This document shows, in pieces, positions 9,668-16,679 of a stretch of 64,000 bases of DNA. The DNA is from Gemmatimonadota bacterium (GTDB lineage Bacteria > Gemmatimonadota > Gemmatimonadetes > Palauibacterales > Palauibacteraceae). Location of the stretch: contig JBPCJZ010000181.1 of NCBI GenBank assembly GCA_051004775.1, positions 2,391 through 66,390 on the forward strand, given 5' to 3'. The notes beneath the pieces were generated by a model that was not told the origin of the DNA, searched no databases, and was given only the letters and a program-made list of their open reading frames with translations. Each line of letters opens with the position of its first letter. Positions within the stretch are counted from its first letter, which is position 1. The translations under genes were made by a program, and so were the position numbers.

Positions 9668-10605
9668 GCCGCCCGCTCCCACGCCCGCAGGCGCGCGCTG
9701 CGCGAGCGGGGGTTGCGGTCGACTTCGGCAGGAGATGGCCGCACGGGCTTCTTCGTCAGCAGGCGACCGAGCGCGACCCCGCGGCATCGGCACATCGGGA
9801 GTTCCGGGGGGCACACGCACTCGCGGCTCCATTCGCGGAACGCGTTCTTCACCAGCCGATCTTCGAGCGAGTGATACGCGATCACGACGAAGCGACCCTG
9901 CGGCGCGAGCAGGTCACGGAACGCGGGGAGCGCCTGCTCGAGCGCGTCCATCTCGTCGTTGACCGCGATGCGCAGGGCCTGGAACAGACGCGCCTTGGTC
10001 GCCGCGGACAGGCCGCCGCCGAGCACGACCGTACACGCCGCGACGAAGTCGTCCGACGTGGCGAAGGGCTCGGTCGCCCGGCGCTTCACGATCTCGCGGG
10101 CGAGCGCCCGCCAGTGCCGCTCTTCCCCGTACTCACGGAAGATCCTGCCGAGCTCGTCCTGCGATGCCTCGTTGAGAACATCGGCCGCGGTACTCCTCCC
10201 GCCGGCTGTCCCGCCCATCCGCATATCCAACGGTGTGCTCCGACGGAAGGAGAAACCGCGACCGTGTTCGTCGAGCTGATACGAGGAGACGCCGAGATCG
10301 AGAAGTACTCCTCGCACGGGCATCGTCTCCGTTTCCGACGCCACCAATCCGGCGACGTCCCGAAAGTTTCCATGATTGAGGCGCGTCCGGTCGGCGTACG
10401 GGGCGAGTCGCCTCGTCGCCGCCTCCAGCGCCTCATCGTCCTGGTCGACTCCAATGAGCCGCAGCTCGGGGTCGGCCTTCAGCAATCGTTCCGCATGACC
10501 GCCGCCGCCGACGGTCCCGTCAATCCAGATCCCCGGTCCTTCGGGCCGCAGCCGGCCCAGCACCTCTTCGGCGAGGACGGGCTCGTGCGAAAAGCCTCCG
10601 CTCAT
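9664..10605 (-). CDS. rsmH: 16S rRNA (cytosine1402-N4)-methyltransferase RsmH (MraW)
   Basis: 313 aa, MSGGFSHEPVLAEEVL...GTVGGGGHAERLL, the typical RsmH N-terminus and SAM-binding motifs. Immediately downstream of mraZ. Confidence 0.92.
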   Translation of the reverse strand: MSGGFSHEPVLAEEVLGRLRPEGPGIWIDGTVGGGGHAERLLKADPELRLIGVDQDDEALEAATRRLAPYADRTRLNHGNFRDVAGLVASETETMPVRGVLLDLGVSSYQLDEHGRGFSFRRSTPLDMRMGGTAGGRSTAADVLNEASQDELGRIFREYGEERHWRALAREIVKRRATEPFATSDDFVAACTVVLGGGLSAATKARLFQALRIAVNDEMDALEQALPAFRDLLAPQGRFVVIAYHSLEDRLVKNAFREWSRECVCPPELPMCRCRGVALGRLLTKKPVRPSPAEVDRNPRSRSARLRAWERAA

Positions 10606-10626
10606 GAGCCCTGGTCGCTCCCGGCC

Positions 10627-11058
10627 TCAGGCGAACAGGCTGCCGAGGAGCGCGCCGAGATCCCCCGGTCCGTCGCCCACGGCGTTCTCGAACCGCTCCG
10701 GGCTCCAGATCTCGATCTTGTCCAGCGCCCCGATCAGCAGGGCTTCTCCCTGGATGTCGGCGCGCGTGCGCAGACGCTCGGGGAGCAAGATCCTTCCCTG
10801 CTTGTCCGGGGAGACTTCCTGGGCATTGGCGGTCAGCGCGAGGAAGGCGTGCCGCTTGTCCGGCGCCCGCCGCAAGTGCTCGCGCATCCGCCGGTCGACG
10901 CCCTCCCACGTATCCGAGGGATAGAGCGTCAGGGCTTCCGCGTGTACCTGGATGAGCACGAAGGAAGCGGTCTCGGTTTCCCGACGGAATGGCGCCGGAA
11001 GCGTGACGCGCCCCTTCTCGTCTACCTGATTGAGGTGGCTCCCCAGGTATCCGCCCAC
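10627..11058 (-). CDS. mraZ: Transcriptional regulator MraZ
   Basis: 143 aa, two MraZ (DxxxR-like) half-domains (DEKGRVTLP ... DKQGRILLP). GTG start. First gene of the dcw cluster. Confidence 0.88.
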   Translation of the reverse strand: MGGYLGSHLNQVDEKGRVTLPAPFRRETETASFVLIQVHAEALTLYPSDTWEGVDRRMREHLRRAPDKRHAFLALTANAQEVSPDKQGRILLPERLRTRADIQGEALLIGALDKIEIWSPERFENAVGDGPGDLGALLGSLFA

Positions 11059-11096
11059 TTGGCCCCGTTCGGAACTGGTTCAACGTCCGTGAGAAA

Positions 11097-11145
11097 TCCC
11101 CACTGTTTCCCACTTTTCCCCACTGACACCCATTGTACCCACCCC
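11097..11145 (-). promoter_or_regulatory. MraZ operator: three perfect plus two degenerate direct repeats (A)GTGGG at 10-bp spacing upstream of mraZ
   Basis: Plus strand reads cccact at 11099, 11109 and 11119, then cccatt at 11129 and cccacc at 11138. This equals AGTGGG on the gene strand with exact 10-bp periodicity, 40-90 nt upstream of the mraZ start. It matches the known MraZ-binding direct-repeat arrangement. Confidence 0.7.
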
Positions 11146-11267
11146 ATGTGGGCGACGCAACCCCCGCATCTCCACCGTTCCCGGGCCCTTCCGGGCGGGT
11201 GTTCCCGGCCGCGTCGGGCGAGTTTCCCCCGGTCTCCGGTGGGAACGGTGAGAAGCAGGCCGGACGC

Positions 11268-11302
11268 AAAAAAGCCCGGCGGGACGGGAGTCCCACCGGG
11301 CC
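11268..11302 (-). terminator. Rho-independent terminator downstream of the TPR gene
   Basis: Gene-strand GCCCGGTGGGACTCCCGTCCCGCCGGGC hairpin followed by TTTTTT (plus strand aaaaaa at 11268-11273). Confidence 0.7.
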
Positions 11303-11362
11303 GATTCGCTGTGCCGCCGGCTCGCCCGTCAGGGGAGCCGCCGGATCATGCCGTCCGGTCGA

Positions 11363-13210
11363 TCAGCCGCCGCTACGGCACGCCGGCTTCTTCAGGATCG
11401 CCTGTTCGCGATACAGGTAGACGTCGGTGCTCTCGCGGACCTGCGCCTGGTTCTCCGCCTGGAAGCTCCCCGCGCGGTTCAGAGCCGGCAGCACCTGCTC
11501 GAACTGGTTGAGGGCCCGACGGGCCGGACCGCACGCCTCGGCCGAGTTGGACGAGTCGAGGTTCACGCCGATCTGGTAGCGGCTGAACGCGGTGAAGAAG
11601 TAGAGCTGCTCGCGCGTCTGCTGGACGCTGGCGAACTCGGTGGCCGTCTCGAACATCGCGACGGCGCGCTCGTACTGGCCGCCCTTGAAGAAGTCGTTGT
11701 AGCCGCGGCTCAGAAGCTGCTGTGCGATGACATCCTGGTCTTCGCCCTTCTCGATCGCGGCGCGCATGTCGGTCTCCGCGCCCGCCTCGTCACCCGCGCT
11801 CAGCTTGAAGAAGGCCCGCTTCGTCAGCCCGCGCTCGAGCTCCGGATTGAGGCGCAGGGCTTCGTTCATGGCCGTGACGGCGCATGCGAAATCTTCCGAC
11901 CGGGCGCAGATGTCAGCCTGGAGGGAGCGCAGCGTGGCGTCCTCCGGAAGCTGCTCCTGGGCCCGCTCGGCAAACCTGCGCGCCTCGGTCAGGTCGTCCA
12001 GTTGCAGGTACACGGCCACGACGTTCTTGAGGATCTGCGGGTCCGTCTCGGCGCCCTTGAGATCGAGCACCTTGTTGTAGGCCTCGAGGGCCAGCGCAAG
12101 AGCCGCGTCGTCCTGGCCGCCGGAGGTGAGGCCGCCCGTGTCGCCGGCATCCTGCATCCCGGCGCCGTCCGCGGCGCGCATCGAGTCGGGCAGGACATCG
12201 GAGCCGCCCGAAGTTCCCTTGTTGAGCGCGACGTTGCCGAGGAACTCCCACATCTCGGCGTTGGTCGAGTCGCGGGCGAGGCCCTCCTGCAGCAGCTCGA
12301 TCGCCCCGTCGAACTCGCCGGCCTTGGCGAGGTCGAACGCGATCTGCATGCGGACGCTGGCATCCTCCGGGTTGAACCCGAGGTACTGGCGGTACAGTTC
12401 GAGCGCCCGATCCTTGTTGCCGAGCTGCGCTTCGGTGTACGCGAGCGAGTTCAGTGCGTCGATATTGGCCTGGTTCGACTCGACGACGTCGGACAGCAGA
12501 TCGCGTGCCTCTTCCCAGTTTTCCTGCCCCATGTAGAGACGCCCCATCAGGTACTTGGCCGTCTGGCTATTGGGGTTGTACTCCAGGGCGGCCTCGCAAT
12601 TCCGGGCGGCGTCTTCGTACTGTTCGCTCGCCAGGTAGTCGTTGCAGAACAGGAGGGCGCGCTGGTAATCCACCTGGCCCTCGATGGCATCCATGATATG
12701 CCCCGCGGCTTCCTGGGCGCCGGAGTTGCCGTCGTCCTGGACGGAGAACTGGGGAATCTCGGTGGCGTCACCGGTCTGCGCGTCGATGAACGCCACGTTG
12801 AACACGTTCCCGCCCGATCCCTTCGACACGGTTCCGTGCAGAATGATGTCGGCGTTCAATCGTCCGGCGAGCTGCCGCCACTGCACCAGGCCGAGGTCCT
12901 CCTGCTTCAGCTTGAGGCGCTTGAGTTCGTCGTCGACGGCGTCTTCCTCGATGGCCGTCAGCGTGGCGACATCCTGCAGGTCTTCCATGACCCGCTCGGA
13001 CACCTTGCGCCCGAAGTTGCGCTTCACCCCGCTCTGCTCGGCAATCGGCGCGACCAGGACCCTGGCGCGTCCGCCGCCCGAGCCGGTCTCCTGAGCTGCA
13101 GCCGGCATCGCGAAGAAGAGCGCGGTCAGCACCGCTCCCGCCGTCGCCAGCCCGGTTCGTATCGCGTGAACTTGCATCATTCTGGCCCTTTGGTCTGTTT
13201 CCAATGTCAA
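11363..13210 (-). CDS. Secreted tetratricopeptide-repeat (TPR) protein
   Basis: 615 aa. Signal peptide (TGLATAGAVLTALFFAMPAAAQE). Multiple TPR-like repeats (AKYLMGRLYMGQENWEEA..., ALNSLAYTEAQLGNKDRALELY...). Confidence 0.7.
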   Translation of the reverse strand: MTLETDQRARMMQVHAIRTGLATAGAVLTALFFAMPAAAQETGSGGGRARVLVAPIAEQSGVKRNFGRKVSERVMEDLQDVATLTAIEEDAVDDELKRLKLKQEDLGLVQWRQLAGRLNADIILHGTVSKGSGGNVFNVAFIDAQTGDATEIPQFSVQDDGNSGAQEAAGHIMDAIEGQVDYQRALLFCNDYLASEQYEDAARNCEAALEYNPNSQTAKYLMGRLYMGQENWEEARDLLSDVVESNQANIDALNSLAYTEAQLGNKDRALELYRQYLGFNPEDASVRMQIAFDLAKAGEFDGAIELLQEGLARDSTNAEMWEFLGNVALNKGTSGGSDVLPDSMRAADGAGMQDAGDTGGLTSGGQDDAALALALEAYNKVLDLKGAETDPQILKNVVAVYLQLDDLTEARRFAERAQEQLPEDATLRSLQADICARSEDFACAVTAMNEALRLNPELERGLTKRAFFKLSAGDEAGAETDMRAAIEKGEDQDVIAQQLLSRGYNDFFKGGQYERAVAMFETATEFASVQQTREQLYFFTAFSRYQIGVNLDSSNSAEACGPARRALNQFEQVLPALNRAGSFQAENQAQVRESTDVYLYREQAILKKPACRSGG

Positions 13211-13375
13211 TCCCCCCGGTTCCTACCCGTGGGTTCCATCAACGTACGACACTATGCGCCCCCCCCAGGTTCCGCGCGTCCGCGGAACCCTGCCTTCCGG
13301 GCCGGCCGGTGCCGTTGCCCGGGGGGGACCAGGCCACTCGTGGGAAAGTGGAGGAAAGTGGGCGAAGCTGGAAAG

Positions 13376-13450
13376 TGGGCGAAGCTGGATTCGAACCAGC
13401 GACCTCCTGCTTGTAAGGCAGGCGCTCTGGACCAACTGAGCTATTCGCCC
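13376..13450 (-). tRNA. tRNA-Val (anticodon TAC)
   Basis: Gene strand GGGCGAATAGCTCAGTTGGTCCAGAGCGCCTGCCTTACAAGCAGGAGGTCGCTGGTTCGAATCCAGCTTCGCCCA. Cloverleaf with 7-bp acceptor stem, GTTCGAATC T-loop, anticodon loop CTTACAA. Confidence 0.85.
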
Positions 13451-13459
13451 CGGATCCGC

Positions 13460-13693
13460 TCAATCGGCGCCGCGTCCGCTGAATCCCACCAGGAGGCCGG
13501 CGGGAACGAGGACGGCGTAGCCAAGGAACAGGAGCAGCGGAGCCGCCACGACCGACCCCGCCGACAGCAGGACGTAGCCCACGATGACGGCGGCGAGGCC
13601 GCCGAGGAGCAGGGCCACGTTGAGCGCGCGGAGGCCGAACAGGCCGGTCCGCTCTACCGGGGCGGAGTCCCGCCGCGTTCGACTTGAAGTCAT
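13460..13693 (-). CDS. Small hydrophobic membrane protein (2 TM), hypothetical
   Basis: 77 aa with two predicted TM helices. No recognisable family. Confidence 0.4.
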   Translation of the reverse strand: MTSSRTRRDSAPVERTGLFGLRALNVALLLGGLAAVIVGYVLLSAGSVVAAPLLLFLGYAVLVPAGLLVGFSGRGAD

Positions 13694-13724
13694 CCTGATA
13701 TGCTAGGCCGCACGGCGAACAACG

Positions 13725-14738
13725 TCAATCTCGGGAAGCCGCACGCGGGGGAGCCAGATCGTCCGTCGGCTGGTCGCTGCCGAGCGCGAGTTCGGCCTCG
13801 TCCGCCAGGGCGGCCAGGTCCTCTCGCCGCTCGCTCTCTTTCATCTCACGCAGCCGGCGCCGATCTCGCCGGACCCTCGCGACGCCGAGCCCGATCACGA
13901 GTACCGTCACACCGAACCACAGGAAGGCGGTCCGGCTGAGCAGATAGAGCCAACCGTACCGGTCGAGCACCCCCTTCCGCCACCGCTCCTCGAACCGGTC
14001 GTAGGTGAGTCCGTACACCGCGCGGAGCGCGCCGTCGATCGTATCGCCGCCCCGGAGCCGGGCGAACAGGGCGCGCAGCCCCGCGTCTCCGCCCAGGTCC
14101 TGCAGGGTCTGAACGGCGGTGTACGATAGCAGGTACGCCGTCCGCGGCTCGAAATCAGAGCGGAAACCCCGATCGAGGTCCGCCAGAAGGCCCTGTCCCC
14201 CGCGCAGGAGGACGAACTGCAGCCGCCACGCTTCGTCCCAGTCCCACGTCCCGCTCGCGGCCTGCGCATAGCCCTCGTGCAGCCAGCGCGGAACGTTCCC
14301 CCCGGTCGCGGTGTGCAGGGCGACGTGCGCCGCTTCGTGCCGGTAGACGGAGAGGAGGTTCGCGGCATCGCGCTGCGGGCCGTCCACGCGGAGCGCGATC
14401 AGGCGGCGTGCCGGTTCGGCGACACCGGCGACCCAGGGCTCCGACCGGCCGAGGCCGAGGCTGTCGAGACTCGTCAGATCGCGGACGAACCACACGGTCA
14501 CCGGTTCGCGGTTGACGAGGGAGTCATCGATGCCCGGCATGCCGCCCCATACCCCCTGCCGGCGGCCGATGCTCTCGGCGAGCCGCGCCAGCCCCGGATC
14601 GGAGCGGAGGTCGAGGGGCGGCGACGTGGCGGGCGCCGCTCCGTCCGCGGGGGGCCGGTCGTCATCGGGAGCGCAGGCGGACACCCCGATCGCGCATGCC
14701 GCGACCAGGGCCGCGGCGGCGGCGCGCGCGGAGAGCAT
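13725..14738 (-). CDS. Putative lipoprotein with HExxH zinc-metallopeptidase-like motif and C-terminal membrane anchor
   Basis: True start MLSARAAAAALVAACAIGVSAC (lipobox-like Cys). HEAAHVALH...HEGYA gluzincin-like motif. C-terminal TM (FLWFGVTVLVIGLGVA) plus a charged tail. The track ORF is over-extended into rluD. Confidence 0.5.
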   Translation of the reverse strand: MLSARAAAAALVAACAIGVSACAPDDDRPPADGAAPATSPPLDLRSDPGLARLAESIGRRQGVWGGMPGIDDSLVNREPVTVWFVRDLTSLDSLGLGRSEPWVAGVAEPARRLIALRVDGPQRDAANLLSVYRHEAAHVALHTATGGNVPRWLHEGYAQAASGTWDWDEAWRLQFVLLRGGQGLLADLDRGFRSDFEPRTAYLLSYTAVQTLQDLGGDAGLRALFARLRGGDTIDGALRAVYGLTYDRFEERWRKGVLDRYGWLYLLSRTAFLWFGVTVLVIGLGVARVRRDRRRLREMKESERREDLAALADEAELALGSDQPTDDLAPPRAASRD

Positions 14739-14770
14739 TGCGCGTGCGAGGAGAAGCCCGCGCGCGGGCT

Positions 14771-15754
14771 TCAGCCCGCCGACGTCTCGCGGGCCCACGC
14801 GACGGCTCCCGCCAGGGGCTCCGGGAGCGGCGAACTGAAGGTCATGGATTCGCCGCTCACCGGATGCGTGAAGCTCAGGCGAGCCGCGTGCAGGAACAGG
14901 CGGTCGGTGCGCCGGGCGAGCCGGAGGGCCCACTGACCGCCAGCGCCCATCATGCCTCGCTCGCGTCCCGCGCCGTACACCGGGTCGCATACCACCGGGT
15001 GGCCGAGGTCCGCCAGATGCACGCGGATCTGGTGCGTTCGTCCGGTCTCGAGGCGGATCGCCAGCAGGTCGGCCGCGGGCCAGCGCTCGAGGCGCTGAAC
15101 ATGAGTTACGGCGGGACGCCCGCCCTCGACGACCGCCATACGCTTGCGGTCCTTCGGGTGGCGAGAGATCGGCCGATCGATCGTCTGTTCTTCCGGATCG
15201 ACGTGACCCCACGCGGCCGTGATGTAGCCGCGCATCACTTCCCGACGCGCGAGCGCGTGGGCCAGCCGCCCGTGCGCCTCGTCCTGCCGCGCCACGATCA
15301 TCAGTCCGCTCGTGTCCCGGTCGAGGCGATGGACGATGCCGGGCCGCAGCGGCAGACCGACCGACGACAGGCTCCCGTAGCGGCCGAGCAACCCGTTGAC
15401 CAGCGTACCGGACGGATGCCCCGGGGCGGGATGCACCACGAGGCCGTAGGGTTTGTCGACGACCAGGAGCGAGTCGTCCTCGTAGACGACCGTGATGGGG
15501 ATATGCTCGGCCAGCAGGTCCGACACCGGCGGCGGCGGAATTTCTACGACGATCTCGTCACCCGACCTCGGACGGTAGCTTTTTCGAACCGCGCCGCCGT
15601 TCACGCGCACGCGCCCGTCGGCGATCAATTCGGCGGCCCGCGAGCGGCTCAACCGGGTGCATTCGGCTACCGCCCTGTCAAGACGGTCGTCGCTGTCTTC
15701 GGAGATCCGGATGCGGACCATTTCAGACGGCGGCGAGGTCTTCCCGTTTTTCAC
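14771..15754 (-). CDS. rluD: 23S rRNA pseudouridine synthase, RluD family
   Basis: 327 aa. S4 domain, then catalytic HRLDRDTSGL motif (RluA/RluD family). Confidence 0.88.
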   Translation of the reverse strand: MKNGKTSPPSEMVRIRISEDSDDRLDRAVAECTRLSRSRAAELIADGRVRVNGGAVRKSYRPRSGDEIVVEIPPPPVSDLLAEHIPITVVYEDDSLLVVDKPYGLVVHPAPGHPSGTLVNGLLGRYGSLSSVGLPLRPGIVHRLDRDTSGLMIVARQDEAHGRLAHALARREVMRGYITAAWGHVDPEEQTIDRPISRHPKDRKRMAVVEGGRPAVTHVQRLERWPAADLLAIRLETGRTHQIRVHLADLGHPVVCDPVYGAGRERGMMGAGGQWALRLARRTDRLFLHAARLSFTHPVSGESMTFSSPLPEPLAGAVAWARETSAG

Positions 15755-16220
15755 GCTTCTCCTCCAGGTAGAAGGAGATCAGCAGCAGCACCGCCCCGAC
15801 GCTGACGGCCGAATCGGCGACGTTGAAGATCCAGAACCGGTGCGTGCCGAGTCCCACGTCGATGAAGTCGACGACGCCGGCCTCGTAGCGGAACCGGTCG
15901 ATGATGTTTCCGATCGCTCCGCCGCATACGAGGGCGAGCGCCGCGAGGCGCAGGATGTCGGTAGACGGGGTCGCGCGGTACATCCAGCCCAGTACGCCGA
16001 GGGCCGCGATCGAGAGCGCCAGAAAGAACAGTCGCGAGTGCTCGCCGATGTTGATGCCGAAGGCCGCCCCGGGGTTGTGCGTGTAGGTGAGGCGGAAGAA
16101 GTCGCCGAGAACCGGACGGACTTCGTGCATGATCAGCGTCTGGACCACCCACTGTTTCGTCAGCACGTCGAGCAGGATCGCCAGCCCGGCGATGCCGAGA
16201 AACAGTATCAGCTTGTTCAC
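15723..16220 (-). CDS. lspA: Lipoprotein signal peptidase (signal peptidase II)
   Basis: Four TM segments, conserved NPGAAFG and FNVAD motifs. Probable GTG start (VNKLILFLGIAG). Confidence 0.85.
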   Translation of the reverse strand: MNKLILFLGIAGLAILLDVLTKQWVVQTLIMHEVRPVLGDFFRLTYTHNPGAAFGINIGEHSRLFFLALSIAALGVLGWMYRATPSTDILRLAALALVCGGAIGNIIDRFRYEAGVVDFIDVGLGTHRFWIFNVADSAVSVGAVLLLISFYLEEKREKREDLAAV

Positions 16221-16261
16221 TCCCGGGCCGGCGGCGGCGGGCGTCTCGGCCACGGCGCCGG

Positions 16262-16636
16262 TCACCCGTTCTCCTCGCGCTCCTTGCAGCGGATGCAGAG
16301 CCGCGTGTGCGGCAGTGCGTCGAGGCGCTCGAACGCGATCTCTTCCCCGCATTCCTGGCAGACGCCGAACTCCTTCGGGGTCTTGTAGAGGCGGCGCAGC
16401 GCCTGGTCGAGATGGTACAGGTAGCGGCCTTCCTTGCTCGCGAAGAGAAACGCCTTCTCGCGCTCCATCGCGTCGGTGCCCTGGTCCGCCATGTGGAAGC
16501 TGTACGCCGAGTTCTCGCCTTCGGACCCGGGCGTAACCTTGCTGAGGGCCTCGTCGTAGCTGCCGAGGTCCTTCAGTGCCCGCGCCCGCATCTCGAGCAG
16601 ACGGTCTTCGAAATACTTGCGATCCTTCTTATTCAT
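16262..16636 (-). CDS. dksA: DksA/TraR-family C4 zinc-finger protein
   Basis: MNKKDRKYFEDRLLEMRA... coiled coil plus CxxC-N17-CxxC (CQECGEEI...CIRCK). Position ileS-dksA-lspA-rluD mirrors B. subtilis ileS-ylyA-lspA-rluD. Confidence 0.8.
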   Translation of the reverse strand: MNKKDRKYFEDRLLEMRARALKDLGSYDEALSKVTPGSEGENSAYSFHMADQGTDAMEREKAFLFASKEGRYLYHLDQALRRLYKTPKEFGVCQECGEEIAFERLDALPHTRLCIRCKEREENG

Positions 16637-16679
16637 TCCGTCCTCGAATCGAGAATTTCTATGCGCTTCGACCGGCGCC

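Noticed and set aside
13204-13460. Genomic island/prophage boundary at tRNA-Val
   Set aside because: There is a tRNA 3'-end repeat but no integrase, excisionase or foreign-looking genes within several kb. The flanks are housekeeping and of uniform composition.
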